DNA of 64,000 nt, taken from contig JAHQWL010000052.1 of assembly GCA_029856155.1 (NCBI GenBank), positions 32,001 to 96,000 on the forward strand, in the 5' to 3' direction. The position numbers were made by a program, and so were the translations under genes. This stretch comes from Promethearchaeia archaeon. GTDB lineage: Archaea > Asgardarchaeota > Lokiarchaeia > Sigyniarchaeales > SOKP01. The notes beneath the pieces were generated by a model. The model was not told the origin of the DNA. It did no database searches and worked only from the letters and a program-made list of their open reading frames with translations. Below are positions 41,302 to 52,429 of the stretch, one piece after another (the stretch's first letter is position 1; each line of letters opens with the position of its first letter).

Positions 41302-41616
41302 TTATCCTTCAATTTCCTTTTTCAATTTCATTACTAAAGGGATTATTTTTGTAGCATCCATAGCTGGAGTTGTTTTCATAACCTTTATATAACCTGGTTT
41401 AGCAAGTCTCCAGATCATTGAACCTTTTGCCATCTGTTCCTCATTCTCAGCTTCTTCTATAGTAATTCCCCAATAATCTGATGTGCTAACGTAAAAGCCT
41501 ATTTGTTTAACTCCTGCAACTGGATAAAGTTTCTTACTCATGAGTGTTTGCGCAATTTCAGCCAATTCTGAGGGATCAAAATCAGGATTTAATTCCCAAT
41601 ACGATAAGAAAAGCAT
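41302..41616 (-). CDS. DUF3303-like small ferredoxin-fold protein
   Basis: MLFLSYWEL..., GVKQIGFY, GITIEEAENEE, KTTPAM. Confidence 0.55.
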   Translation of the reverse strand: MLFLSYWELNPDFDPSELAEIAQTLMSKKLYPVAGVKQIGFYVSTSDYWGITIEEAENEEQMAKGSMIWRLAKPGYIKVMKTTPAMDATKIIPLVMKLKKEIEG

Positions 41617-41799
41617 TTTTTAACCACTTTATTATTTATAATTTTGGAATCGCATCTGATTAGACTTTTTTGTCTATATAGTATTATTCATTAATTCTTT
41701 CTATATATTTAATATTTTCCAACTTCATGAAATTTATTGAGCAAAATTATAAATAAAAAAGGTACTATTCAATATACATAGAAATCACAGCGATGGGTA

Positions 41800-42480
41800 T
41801 TGATTCCAATTTCAGAGTATCTTTCTTTAGCATTATCAATCGAGTATATTGTTATAACTCATAAAGAATCAAAAGAGATTATTTACTATAAAACAGCTGG
41901 TGATTTTGATCCCGATTTTCTCGATATTTTTCGAAGCTCAATTCAATATGATATCTTGGATTTACCATTAGAAGAAGGAGCAATCGAACAAGCAACTTTA
42001 GAAGGCAAATATTTAATAACACGTGCGGGTAAACTGATTTGGACTACCATAATAACTAACCAAAAACCTATTATTATTGCAAGGGAAGCTTTAACTTCTT
42101 TTTGTTCTAGATTTGAAAAGTTATATAATCAAGAGCTTAGGGATTTATATACGGAATTCAATGGAGATATTTCGATTTTTCAACGTAAATCATTATACAA
42201 AGTAAGTGCAGATATGATTGTTGATGATGAGTTCAGTTTACGACTTACATTACCATATAAATTGGGATCTACTAAAGGAAAAGAAATATCTTTAAAAAAA
42301 AAAGAAATACTCCAAATTGCTAAAGATATTGCTCATAAAAACAAAGGGCGATTATTACTTGGAACTTTATTTACTAAAGCATGCCATGCTTTAAAATTGG
42401 ATAATGTGGAGATTGCGATGTTAATTTATAATTTAGTTGAAAATGAAATATTTATACGTATTCCTTTAGAAGATTTATAA
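41800..42480 (+). CDS. Hypothetical protein, longin-like N-terminus plus possible winged helix
   Basis: FCSRFEKLY...FNGDISIF motif shared with 7961-8773; C-terminal IYNLVENEIFI. Confidence 0.5.
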   Translation: MIPISEYLSLALSIEYIVITHKESKEIIYYKTAGDFDPDFLDIFRSSIQYDILDLPLEEGAIEQATLEGKYLITRAGKLIWTTIITNQKPIIIAREALTSFCSRFEKLYNQELRDLYTEFNGDISIFQRKSLYKVSADMIVDDEFSLRLTLPYKLGSTKGKEISLKKKEILQIAKDIAHKNKGRLLLGTLFTKACHALKLDNVEIAMLIYNLVENEIFIRIPLEDL

Positions 42481-42606
42481 AAGAAATTTGCTTTACATTT
42501 TAAGATTTAGTATTAATTATTTAATGCAGAGGAAATTGAATAAACATTAATAGTAGCAAATCAAATTATTATATATTTATTTTTAAAAAATTAGGGAGAT
42601 ATATAT

Positions 42607-43899
42607 ATGAAGTTAACAGAAATTATCGGTCTTACCGAAAACCATGCTAAAAAATTAGAAAAAGAAGGGATCTCTAAAATAGAAGATCTTCTTCAGCTTA
42701 CAAATAATGAAATTAGGAAGTTGGCTAGAAAGATAGGTGTAACAGTGAAGTTGGTGGATACATGGCAAGAGCATGCGGATTTGATGCGAATTCAAGGTGT
42801 TAATTCCGAAATAGCTAATGCATTAAATCTTATAGGTGTAGATTCTGTGAAGGAATTTGCAAATAGAAATGCTAAAAGTACATTTGAAAAATTAAAACAA
42901 TTTAAAAAAGATAATCCTAAAGCTCTCACAAAAATTCCATCTCAAAAAGAAATTGAAAGTTGGATTAAAGCAGCCAAGGATCTTTCAGGAACCCCTGAGA
43001 AACAACCTGCGAAGAAACCGGTGAAGAAACCCGTAAAAAAAGAAGAACCTGCTCCAAGTCCCATTCCTAAAATTGATTATGTACCCATCGAGGAATTTAA
43101 AGGAGATTATGGAAAATACGGTCCGGATTATTGGAATAATAAATGGGAAACGGCTCCAATCATATATACTGGTAGAGCATTAAGAGCAGAAGTGTACAAG
43201 AAACAAATAGATGTAGATGTTAAAGCTTTTATTAAAAAAAATGATGCGATTCTATGGCATGTTGTAACTCAAGTTGGTTTAAGAAAAGACACTCCTAATG
43301 AAACAGCATTAGCTATCCAAAATTTCGTGTGTAATTTTCTGAAGTATAAATATGATGATTTAACTGCTGAAGTGCCAGAATTTTGGCTGTTCCCCTTCGA
43401 GAGTATACAATCAGAGATTGGAGATTGTGAAGATGGAGCAATTCTGATTGCGGCTCTATTGATCAATGCAGGTATCCCTAGTTGGCGTGTAAAAGTATCG
43501 GCTGCTGAAGTTTTGGCTGATCCTGTTTTTGCCCCATCAGATTCTGAATTAGGAGGTCATGCTTATTGTCTTTATCTCGCTGATAGACCCGAATCCGAAA
43601 GGAAATTAGAATGGGTAATACTTGATTGGTGTTATTTGCAAGATCCAGAGATTCCTGTCGAAGAAAAACCACTTGCAGGAGATGGTGGAACAGAGGGTGC
43701 TTATAGGGATGTTCTCTTTACATTTAATGATGAGTATAGTTGGGCTCAAACAGCGTTAGAAGTGAAAGAAGGGAGGATAAGTCAGAACCGAACTACTAAA
43801 AAGGATGAAATTTTAGCCCCATTAGAGGATATTTTAAAACACCTTGCAGATGAAGAGCTTAAAAAAATATTCAGAAAATATGGTATTGAAATTGAATGA
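42607..43899 (+). CDS. DUF4332 (HhH) domain fused to a transglutaminase-like Cys-His-Asp domain
   Basis: WQEHADLMRIQGV...GVDSVKEFA; P/K linker; GDCEDGAIL, GHAY, ILDW. Confidence 0.8.
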   Translation: MKLTEIIGLTENHAKKLEKEGISKIEDLLQLTNNEIRKLARKIGVTVKLVDTWQEHADLMRIQGVNSEIANALNLIGVDSVKEFANRNAKSTFEKLKQFKKDNPKALTKIPSQKEIESWIKAAKDLSGTPEKQPAKKPVKKPVKKEEPAPSPIPKIDYVPIEEFKGDYGKYGPDYWNNKWETAPIIYTGRALRAEVYKKQIDVDVKAFIKKNDAILWHVVTQVGLRKDTPNETALAIQNFVCNFLKYKYDDLTAEVPEFWLFPFESIQSEIGDCEDGAILIAALLINAGIPSWRVKVSAAEVLADPVFAPSDSELGGHAYCLYLADRPESERKLEWVILDWCYLQDPEIPVEEKPLAGDGGTEGAYRDVLFTFNDEYSWAQTALEVKEGRISQNRTTKKDEILAPLEDILKHLADEELKKIFRKYGIEIE

Positions 43900-43939
43900 T
43901 TAACAAGCTTAAGTTATTCTTTTTCTAATTTTTTTTATA

Positions 43940-44557
43940 TTATTTTTCATTAAATAGAGATGTTCCACACTTAGGACAATATGCAACTTCTCGACCAATT
44001 TCAGCTCCACACTTATTACATATTATTTTAAATTCTAGAGTTGGTGGTATATTTTGCATAACATTTTTAAGAGTTTGATTTAGAGCATTTTGAATGTCGA
44101 TAATTTTTTGACTCTGTTCTTCACTAGGAAATGAATGAATAAAGATCGATGAGAGTTCTACTAAAAAATTCTCAACAAACTTTAGCTGATCGTAATAGTT
44201 TTTGTTCACCTTAAATTTTAATAGTTCTTCTCCTGCTTCAGTTAAAGAATAAACTTTTCTTAATGGTCCTATGGGGCTTTTTACTTTCTTAGCTTTTAAA
44301 AATCCATCTTTTTCTAATTTTCTTAATAGTGGATAAATAGTACCAGATTGCGCTTCCCAAGTACCTGCGAAATGTCTATTCAAATTTTTTATTAAATCAT
44401 AGCCAGAAAGCTGTTCACTATTGAAAATTGTCTCAATAATAGTAAATTCAAGTGGAGTGAGCTTGTTTTTTTGAAGATTTTCAAGAATTTCCTTTTTAAG
44501 TAGAGCACCCAATTCTTCAATATCATCTTCAAGATCTAAAAACTTACCTAACCACAT
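43940..44557 (-). CDS. PadR family transcriptional regulator with C-terminal zinc ribbon
   Basis: SGYDL, GTIYPLLRKLEKDGFL, RKVYSLTEAG; CNKC...CPKCG. Confidence 0.9.
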   Translation of the reverse strand: MWLGKFLDLEDDIEELGALLKKEILENLQKNKLTPLEFTIIETIFNSEQLSGYDLIKNLNRHFAGTWEAQSGTIYPLLRKLEKDGFLKAKKVKSPIGPLRKVYSLTEAGEELLKFKVNKNYYDQLKFVENFLVELSSIFIHSFPSEEQSQKIIDIQNALNQTLKNVMQNIPPTLEFKIICNKCGAEIGREVAYCPKCGTSLFNEK

Positions 44558-44570
44558 TTTGAAATTATCC

Positions 44571-45083
44571 TTATTGATTTCTTTCTTGTTTTTTCCTCAT
44601 TTTTTCTAATTCTTTTTCAATTGCATGTTCTTTTTTTGATCTAAGCTTCCCGCCTTCTTCAGCTTTTCCACTAAAATATTGTATGTAAATTATTAAATGT
44701 AAAATAACAGCTGTACCCCAAAATATAGCTGGAAAAATAACCCAGTAAAACATTGGAAATGTTAAAATGTTGATGATAAAAAGGAAAAGCATAACAAAAG
44801 TGAAAGAATTTATATGATAAATTACGCCTCGTTTAGCCATTGGATAAACACCCCTTGCGTATAAAATATATGCTAAAACATGCATATTAAATCCTATTAA
44901 CCATGAAAAAAAAGGATAAACAAACCAAGGGAACTCAGGGGTAAATATGAAATTTACTATGGAAAGCAATAGATTTACTAGAATAAAAACTGTTAAATGG
45001 ATCTTAACAGAAAATCGGAAATTTACTTTCTGTTCTGCAATTTTTCTTAAACTTTCTTCAGAAAATGCATTATTTTCATTCAT
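44571..45083 (-). CDS. Tandem 2TM-domain membrane protein
   Basis: Two repeats of H(L/I)xxF..V...L..(V/I)N......W..(Y/F)P...W......H; KELEKM tail. Confidence 0.75.
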   Translation of the reverse strand: MNENNAFSEESLRKIAEQKVNFRFSVKIHLTVFILVNLLLSIVNFIFTPEFPWFVYPFFSWLIGFNMHVLAYILYARGVYPMAKRGVIYHINSFTFVMLFLFIINILTFPMFYWVIFPAIFWGTAVILHLIIYIQYFSGKAEEGGKLRSKKEHAIEKELEKMRKKQERNQ

Positions 45084-45422
45084 ATTTCATCATTATATTT
45101 GGGAAATCTAAAGTGAATTATTTTAAATTACAAAAATAAATTCTAGTATATATACTTGTTGTATCTACATACCAATCAAGAAACCTTGAAAACATTAAAA
45201 TTAAGACGATTAAATAGTATTGATTTAAGATTTTCAATGTTAGATATAAATATGACTTCAAGTTTTATCAAGATCTTTAAATTCAGTCATATCATTGAAT
45301 GTAATACTAATTATACTCGGAATAATAAAATCAATCAAGATGATTAAGAGTAGCAAAAAGTATAAATATTAATTTTTGTATTTTATCTAAATCCTGCCCC
45401 ATATTAGACTTATAACTTAATC

Positions 45423-46076
45423 ATGTCAACGTTATCAGAATATCTTGAAAAATTAGAGGATTGGGACCACCGGGCATTTTTAAGTATTTATAAAAGTGAT
45501 TTTAGTAGAAGAACTAAAAAATTCGCAATTGTATATAGTTTTTTTGGGTCCATGTATTTTTGGGGGTTGGTTTGGTTAATATGGTTTTTCTATGGATATG
45601 TTACGAAAGATTACTCTCTCTTGGTGCTATTTACTGGCGGTTTCGAACAAAGTATCATTATTCATAGCATCATACGTTATAAAATAATTAGAAGAAATCG
45701 CCCTTTCATTACACTTCAAAAAGAAGGTGTAAAGAAACACGATGATTTTATTAGGATTCCATACCTCATGAAAGAATCAGAAAAACAATCATTCCCTTCA
45801 GGGCATGTAACCTTTATATTATTTTTTGGTTTTATCTTTGCTTATTATTTTACGCAATATTTTTGGATTATTTTATCTGTTTTTATCATATTAGATATTA
45901 TAATGGCAATTTCAAGATTAATACTAGGAGTACATTTCCCGATTGATGTAATTTTTGGATTTTTTTTCGCAATATTATATGCTCTTTTGTATCTTGGTAT
46001 TACTTATACATATTGGGTTACTTTCTATTATTGGCTTGGAGAAATTTTCTCACCAATAATTCATTTCTGGTTATAA
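45423..46076 (+). CDS. PAP2 family membrane phosphatase
   Basis: RRNRP, SFPSGH, SRLILGVHFPIDV. Confidence 0.9.
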   Translation: MSTLSEYLEKLEDWDHRAFLSIYKSDFSRRTKKFAIVYSFFGSMYFWGLVWLIWFFYGYVTKDYSLLVLFTGGFEQSIIIHSIIRYKIIRRNRPFITLQKEGVKKHDDFIRIPYLMKESEKQSFPSGHVTFILFFGFIFAYYFTQYFWIILSVFIILDIIMAISRLILGVHFPIDVIFGFFFAILYALLYLGITYTYWVTFYYWLGEIFSPIIHFWL

Positions 46077-46119
46077 GACAGAGTAACTTTTTTTTATATC
46101 ATAATTTTCTACTACTATA

Positions 46120-47571
46120 ATGACTATAAATGATAGTTCAGAAGATTTTGAAGAAAAAACAGGTTTTATAAGATTAATAAAAAGACTATGGCCCCATTTT
46201 CTTATTTATAATTCTTATGCTTTTACTGTTTCTGCATTATTTATCAATATTGTATATATTGCTAATATAATATGGGCCAGTGATGCACCTTTTGCTTTTG
46301 AGTTTCATGCTAGCGAGTTAGGGGTTTTAACGGGAACTTCAATTTACATAATGGCTTTTTCAGGCATTTTATTTGGTGCTTTAGCTGATAAATTTTCTCG
46401 AACTAAGTTAATGGCACTTGTTGAATTGATATATGGAATTGGTTTACTTTTTAACGGATTTGTCATAGAAGGTAAAGGTCAAACCACATATGTCTTATTT
46501 TTAACATTTAGTCTAGTTAGAGGTTTTTCAATTGGGGGTATCTGGCCTCTTATTACTTCCCATGTGAACGACTCAACAGAAGATAGAGAACGATCTCAAT
46601 TTTTTGGTGCTATACAAGGATTATATCAACTGTTTCAAATTGTTGGAATGATAATTTCAGCACTGTCATTTCAATATAATTACTGGAGACAATATTTCGT
46701 AATAATGGGATTTATAGCTTTTTTTTTTGGATTCATTATATTAGTAAGAGGAAAAGAGCCGAAACGGGGTGCAACTCGTAAAGAACTAAAAAATGTTCTT
46801 TCAAGTGAAGATGTTGTGTATGAATATAAATTAACTAAAGAAACAATAAAATCAACAATAATTAAACCTACAAATTTAATTGCATTTTTCGAAGGAATCT
46901 TTACGACAATATTATTAGCTGTTCCCGATTTTCTGCTTATTGCATATTTACAAAGTCCTCCCCATAATATCTCTCCACTTGCAGTTGCTATTTTTTTAAT
47001 AATCTTTGGAATGCCAGGGGGTTTACTTGGTTCTTTCGCGTTTGCTAAAGTTTCAGATAGGTTAGGCAAAAAAAATATTAAATACAGAATTTATATGATA
47101 GTTTTATCAATCATTACATTATTTGTAGGTTTTATATTTTTCTTTACTCTACCAATTCCAAACATGACGGTTGAACAAGGTAATAATATAATATTTATCT
47201 TCTCAATCCCAACTTTTTGGATACTGGGTGTGATAATATTTATAGGACGTTCTTTTGTTGGTCTCTGGAATATAAATCAACCTCCCATTCTTCAAGAGAT
47301 AAATTTACCTGAAGCTCAAGGGAAGATTAGCTCAGCAAACCAATTTTTAGAAGCGATGGGTAGCGGTACAGGTCCAATAATTGCGGGAGTTGTATTAACA
47401 ATTTTTAATCAAAATTTCCAAATAACAGTTTTCGTGACGTTACTTTTAGGTATTATGGGCGGTCTCTTATGGTTAATTGCTACTAAATGGATAAATAGTG
47501 ATGTAAATCGTGTTTCCGCTATTTTAAAACAACGGGAAAAAGAATTAAATAATATATCTAATTCAGATTAA
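46120..47571 (+). CDS. MFS transporter
   Basis: GALADKFSR, 12 TM helices, KEPKRG. Confidence 0.9.
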   Translation: MTINDSSEDFEEKTGFIRLIKRLWPHFLIYNSYAFTVSALFINIVYIANIIWASDAPFAFEFHASELGVLTGTSIYIMAFSGILFGALADKFSRTKLMALVELIYGIGLLFNGFVIEGKGQTTYVLFLTFSLVRGFSIGGIWPLITSHVNDSTEDRERSQFFGAIQGLYQLFQIVGMIISALSFQYNYWRQYFVIMGFIAFFFGFIILVRGKEPKRGATRKELKNVLSSEDVVYEYKLTKETIKSTIIKPTNLIAFFEGIFTTILLAVPDFLLIAYLQSPPHNISPLAVAIFLIIFGMPGGLLGSFAFAKVSDRLGKKNIKYRIYMIVLSIITLFVGFIFFFTLPIPNMTVEQGNNIIFIFSIPTFWILGVIIFIGRSFVGLWNINQPPILQEINLPEAQGKISSANQFLEAMGSGTGPIIAGVVLTIFNQNFQITVFVTLLLGIMGGLLWLIATKWINSDVNRVSAILKQREKELNNISNSD

Positions 47572-47637
47572 TAAATTGAAAAATTTTATAATAATCATAA
47601 ATCTTTTTTTCCTTGTTTTTTTTTCTTTATTGATACT

Positions 47638-48957
47638 ATGCGTCTAACTTTAAAGAATAGTAAAAAGCAGTTAGTACCTGACCATCATAAATTCACTTCG
47701 GACTTCAATTCAGTCATATTTATTGTTATTTGGAATTCACTCGGTTTCTTTTTTATAGAATTCATTATGGCTTACTTAATTAAACAAGTTTTAAATTATC
47801 CTGCTACTAATCTCGGTTTATTTTTTTCATTTATTACTCTTGGAGGTTTAATTAGCTCTTCATTCATTGGATATTTAACTGATCGTTTTTCTAAGCGAAT
47901 TTTAGTCATGATAGGTTCTTTTGGTAGAGGTATATCATATTTTGGGCTCTACATTTCAATAATACTGCATTCTTTAACAGGAATGTATATTAGCGCTTTT
48001 CTCTTAGGTCTGGGAGCATATATTTTCTGGAATCCATTGGATTCTATAATTTCTGAGAAATCTTCAAAATATCATCGATCTTCTGCCTTTGGAAAGAGAA
48101 GATTTGCTTTAGGCATTGGAATGGTACTTGGAACAATTATTGGATTTACTATCTTTAGTATCGCAAACATACTTACTCCACTTAATGATTTTATAATTTA
48201 TGGTGCAATACCAGTATATGGAATTGCTAATTTTTACGCGGGAATTCAATTCTCACGAAAAGTGGATGAACATAAAAAATTCATTTATCCAGAAGATTTA
48301 AACAATGGTTTAACAGAACAGGATTTGGAGTCTCCTATAAGAACCTCAGAAACTCCAGTAAAGCGATTTTTTCTACTTGGAATTATTCTGGTATTCACTG
48401 GACTTTTTTTAAGTTCAATAAATGTTGGATTCTATCGTCCTTATATTCAGCCTTACATCTTAGAAAATGTTAATAGTAATCCTTCTATAGTTTCTTGGTT
48501 TTACTTACCTACGGCATTGATAGGAGCTTTACTAGCACCTAAATTAGGTACAATGGCAGATAAAGTCAATCCTTACCTTGGAATTTCAATCGCTAGTTTC
48601 TTTGGAGGAATCATAACTTTTTTAATTATATACACTCAAAATTTATGGTTTTTTTCATTTTTACTTATTTTTGATAATACAATAATGTTAACTTCTGGAT
48701 TTATTTTTATTAATGTTCTTAGTCGAGTTTCTGTCAAACATCGTGGAAAGATCTTCAGTACAATTACTCTTTTTGAGTCAATTGGAATGATTATTGGCCC
48801 ATTATTAGGAGGAGTTGTGTGGGAGACTATTAGTCCTCAAGCTCCCTTTATGATTTCAATTATTGTTGAGTGGTCTTTAATATCATTTTTTGTTATTGGG
48901 ATCCATATTATCAATCCTTATTTAGTAGAATCTATAAAAAACCAGAAAAGAAAATAA
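47638..48957 (+). CDS. MFS transporter
   Basis: GYLTDRFSKR, GTMADK, IGPLLGG. Confidence 0.9.
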   Translation: MRLTLKNSKKQLVPDHHKFTSDFNSVIFIVIWNSLGFFFIEFIMAYLIKQVLNYPATNLGLFFSFITLGGLISSSFIGYLTDRFSKRILVMIGSFGRGISYFGLYISIILHSLTGMYISAFLLGLGAYIFWNPLDSIISEKSSKYHRSSAFGKRRFALGIGMVLGTIIGFTIFSIANILTPLNDFIIYGAIPVYGIANFYAGIQFSRKVDEHKKFIYPEDLNNGLTEQDLESPIRTSETPVKRFFLLGIILVFTGLFLSSINVGFYRPYIQPYILENVNSNPSIVSWFYLPTALIGALLAPKLGTMADKVNPYLGISIASFFGGIITFLIIYTQNLWFFSFLLIFDNTIMLTSGFIFINVLSRVSVKHRGKIFSTITLFESIGMIIGPLLGGVVWETISPQAPFMISIIVEWSLISFFVIGIHIINPYLVESIKNQKRK

Positions 48958-48992
48958 GGAAAAATAGAAATTGTTATAAATTAGAAAATTAT

Positions 48993-49571
48993 CTAATACC
49001 ATTCAACAAACTCGTCTAATGTACGTCTCTCTCTTTCTTTTGCATGTACTTTTTCTCGAGCTTCATCAATATGCCCAATAGCAATGATACCCATTAACTC
49101 AAACTTGTCTATTGGAAATTTAAAAATCTCATTAACTTCTTCTTTGCGATTTAAAATTTCTCCTATCCAAGCACCACCAATATCCTCTTGTGCATGAATC
49201 CCCAACAGAGCATTTTCCATGAATGCCCCAATAGCTTGAATATCCTTTACTCTGTTATAACCTCTTTCAAGATCTAAGAATATCACTAAATTAACATATG
49301 CATCTTCAATAATCCCGCCATATTTAGAGAGCTCCGATAGCATTCTTTTAACAGTGGGATGAATAACTATACAAACTCGCCAAGGTTGACTATTATTTCC
49401 AGAAGGTGCCCATCGAGCGCCTTCTAGTATATTTAAAATCGTTTCTTTATCAATTTTCTGATAGATGAAGCTCCTAGTGCTTTTTCTCTGTTTAATAAAC
49501 TCGATAAAATCATTTTTAATAAGATCCATATTTAAAAAATTGGTAAATATACTAATAAAAACTTTTCCCAA
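48993..49571 (-). CDS. Nitroreductase family protein (likely start ATG 49529)
   Basis: RKSTRSF, WAPSGNNSQPW. Confidence 0.9.
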   Translation of the reverse strand: MGKVFISIFTNFLNMDLIKNDFIEFIKQRKSTRSFIYQKIDKETILNILEGARWAPSGNNSQPWRVCIVIHPTVKRMLSELSKYGGIIEDAYVNLVIFLDLERGYNRVKDIQAIGAFMENALLGIHAQEDIGGAWIGEILNRKEEVNEIFKFPIDKFELMGIIAIGHIDEAREKVHAKERERRTLDEFVEWY

Positions 49572-49704
49572 TCTACAATATTTTCTACATATTATTTGGA
49601 TATTCTTCTGGATATTTCTTCTATTTATGTTTATTAGAGATTATTAATACACTGAATATAAGAATTTTAGACTCGTTCTAGAAAAAAATATTGAGGTTAC
49701 TTAT

Positions 49705-50049
49705 ATGGGTAAACTTTGGGGAAAAAAGGAAGATAATGAGCTATTAGGCTCTCCACAAGAAACAATGGGTTTTTCCAAGGAATATTCTTCATTGCTTCAA
49801 AATTTTATAATAAGGAAATATGATTTCACAAATCTTAACCAAGTTGAAGATATTAAGAACCAATTACTAAAAAGAAAAATATTAATCATTAATGCAAAAG
49901 AAGTCCTTGAAAATGTTGATATTTCAGAGCTTAAAAGACAAATAGAGGATCTAAAGTCTTTCCTACGAGAGAATGGTGGTAGTATGGGAAGACTTGGAGA
50001 TCATTATTTAATAATTACCCCCAATGCGCATGTTAAAATAGCAAATTGA
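49705..50049 (+). CDS. sepF: Archaeal SepF-like (DUF552) cell division protein
   Basis: ILIIN...LKRQIEDLK...GGSMGRLGDHYLIITPNAHVKI. Confidence 0.7.
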   Translation: MGKLWGKKEDNELLGSPQETMGFSKEYSSLLQNFIIRKYDFTNLNQVEDIKNQLLKRKILIINAKEVLENVDISELKRQIEDLKSFLRENGGSMGRLGDHYLIITPNAHVKIAN

Positions 50050-50117
50050 ACTGTTATCTCTTTTTTCGTCCACGTTAAAAATTGTATAAAGCTTTTATAT
50101 TGATTGAGAACTCTTAT

Positions 50118-50891
50118 TTAATCATTAAAGAACCTCTTTTTAATAGCATCTACAACTTCTTGGGTTCGTGTGACTATCGGAACGTGTCCTGCTCCCTTAA
50201 TTACAATCAGTTCTGCATCAGAGAGAGTTTTTTTTAGAAAATGAGAATTTTCTATTATATGTTCTCCATCTTTATCACCATACACTATAAGCGTTGGAAT
50301 CTGTATTTTATGTAACGGATAATCCGTTTCTCCTTCTGCAGTTAATTCAAGAATTCTGACAGCTACTTCAGGATTAGGCCGTAGACATATATAGACACCC
50401 ATTCGTTTCATATGTTCTATATTGGGTTCTGGCATGATAGATTCAATAAACGCTTCTATTGCTCCTTGATGATCAGATTTTATGAAATTGATGAACTGCT
50501 TTCTATTTTCATCTATAGGTTTGGCATTGGGTAAGTTTGTGTCAATTAGTATAAGCCCCTTAAATCGTTCAGGTTGTTGAAGTGCAGCTAGCAGAGCTAC
50601 AGCTCCACCAAAAGATTCTCCTCCTAAATAGCATTTCTCAATTCCTAGTTTATCCATAATGATAAACAAATCATTAACATATGATTGTTTTGAGATAGTC
50701 TCAGGAGGAGCAAGACTTTCCCCTGAACCGCGATGATCATAACCAACACATCGCATTTTTGTACTTAATTCTTCAAAAACAAACATCCAAACACGCCAAT
50801 CAGCAACAAAACCACTGATACCAAGAAAAGTTTCTTCTCCAGAACCAAAAGAAACAGTATTCATTTTAATTCCATTAATATCTATAAACAT
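50118..50891 (-). CDS. Alpha/beta hydrolase
   Basis: DHRGSGES, GESFGG, GDKD, AGH. Confidence 0.9.
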   Translation of the reverse strand: MFIDINGIKMNTVSFGSGEETFLGISGFVADWRVWMFVFEELSTKMRCVGYDHRGSGESLAPPETISKQSYVNDLFIIMDKLGIEKCYLGGESFGGAVALLAALQQPERFKGLILIDTNLPNAKPIDENRKQFINFIKSDHQGAIEAFIESIMPEPNIEHMKRMGVYICLRPNPEVAVRILELTAEGETDYPLHKIQIPTLIVYGDKDGEHIIENSHFLKKTLSDAELIVIKGAGHVPIVTRTQEVVDAIKKRFFND

Positions 50892-51152
50892 ATTACTTAA
50901 TCATCAATTTTTTACATAAATTCTTTTATACGGCTAATAAAGAATCTATTTTAAAATTATTTATGGATTTTGATGTCTGCAGAATAATTTATCAAATGTA
51001 AATTAAATTTTTAGTTTCAGTAGATTTTAGGGATTAATTTATACTTAACCCGCTCCCGATATTCTTTATAACCCTCAAGCCCTGTAAGAAGCATTTATTC
51101 TTCATACTTAATTCTGTCGCCAATTACTTTTAGCATAAATATATTAAAAACA

Positions 51153-52427
51153 TTACTTCTTCTTCCTTTTTTTTAAAATCTCAATAAAACTTTCAATCTG
51201 ATTGGACACTTGGACTTCATTGAATTTTCTAGGGTCATTCTGGTCAGAGTCTATTATTAGGGAAGGAATATCCTCCTCTTCACTTAATCGTCGTTTTAAA
51301 TCATAGAATGTAGTAGTATTTGGACGGCAGGATACATTATTATGCATTATTACGCCATCAATTTTCCAATCTTTTACCGTTTGCTTGAACCATTTTACTC
51401 TTGTTTCCAGATCAAAAATATACCAGAAGCTTAACATTAATGCACTCATACATTCGATAGGATCCTTTAATAATCTTTCTTTTGTAAATTCTTCAAATGG
51501 GTTAGAGAAAAACTTAGAGAATGCAAAAGTATAAGGTTCATAAACAATAATAGCATTGAACTTTTCTAACTTTGCGAAATATTTTAGCTGGTACCAGAAC
51601 GGTATTCCTTCAAACATAAGTCGAAACTCCTCATTCGGCAAAGCTCCTTCACCTGCATCCACCCTTTCTTTTGCCTCTCGGTACATTCTCTTGTATAGAT
51701 TAATTGGAGATTTAAGACCAGGCATTGTAAATAACGGAAAGAGTCCCCCAAAAGTGTCTTTTGTACTAATTGGAGAAGGTACAGTCTTTCTTAATTCATA
51801 AATTTCCTTCCATACCTTACTTAATTCATAAGAATTAGCAGCTACTTCTTTTGCCTTTTCCATATTGATTTCATTACCTGTATGCTCTTGGATAAACTCA
51901 AGAAGCTCCCACATCTGCTCTTCAACATATTTTTTAAAGTAATTTAGTTGTCGTTTACTTACATTACTTACGACATGAGGTACGTCGATAATGTAATGAG
52001 GAACTCCACCAAATCTTTCCGCTTGAACTTGGAACCAATGACTATGAGTATCACAAATAACATCACTTGATAACATAAATGTAGGTTTTCTAATACCACC
52101 TTTATAAACATCTACATCTTCCATTACTGCACCAACATTTGTTTTAAAGTAGCTACACATATCATATGAAAATCCTTCCTCTTCTGCTAATTCAATGAAT
52201 TTTTGAGAATACTTCTGAGCTGCTGAAATTGTTGCAGAATTCTCGGGGAGCATCGGTTGAACGTCCATAGCATAGAGTAATTCAACAGGACATCCAGACG
52301 TAGCCCATGCTGTTGGTTTTCCATCTCGATAGGCTTGTTCAATTGCTAAATAATGTCTTCCCATAGCATTTTTTAAACCCTGTGTAGCTTTTAACATTTT
52401 ACTTTTCTTTTCAGGCATTTTTTTCAC
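51153..52427 (-). CDS. 2-Hydroxyacyl-CoA dehydratase / benzoyl-CoA reductase-like subunit (HgdA/FldB type)
   Basis: PENSA, DMCSY, ICDTH, IDGVIMH...SCR, DSDQNDPR. Confidence 0.88.
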   Translation of the reverse strand: MKKMPEKKSKMLKATQGLKNAMGRHYLAIEQAYRDGKPTAWATSGCPVELLYAMDVQPMLPENSATISAAQKYSQKFIELAEEEGFSYDMCSYFKTNVGAVMEDVDVYKGGIRKPTFMLSSDVICDTHSHWFQVQAERFGGVPHYIIDVPHVVSNVSKRQLNYFKKYVEEQMWELLEFIQEHTGNEINMEKAKEVAANSYELSKVWKEIYELRKTVPSPISTKDTFGGLFPLFTMPGLKSPINLYKRMYREAKERVDAGEGALPNEEFRLMFEGIPFWYQLKYFAKLEKFNAIIVYEPYTFAFSKFFSNPFEEFTKERLLKDPIECMSALMLSFWYIFDLETRVKWFKQTVKDWKIDGVIMHNNVSCRPNTTTFYDLKRRLSEEEDIPSLIIDSDQNDPRKFNEVQVSNQIESFIEILKKRKKK

Positions 52428-52429
52428 CT

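Noticed and set aside
45156-45347. 63-aa ORF between divergent genes
   Set aside because: TTG start, no motif, lies in a probable divergent promoter region
51040-51125. Slightly GC-richer intergenic patch sharing a ~13-mer (tcttacagggctt) with position ~1527
   Set aside because: No convincing stem structure, and a match of this length is expected by chance in 64 kb
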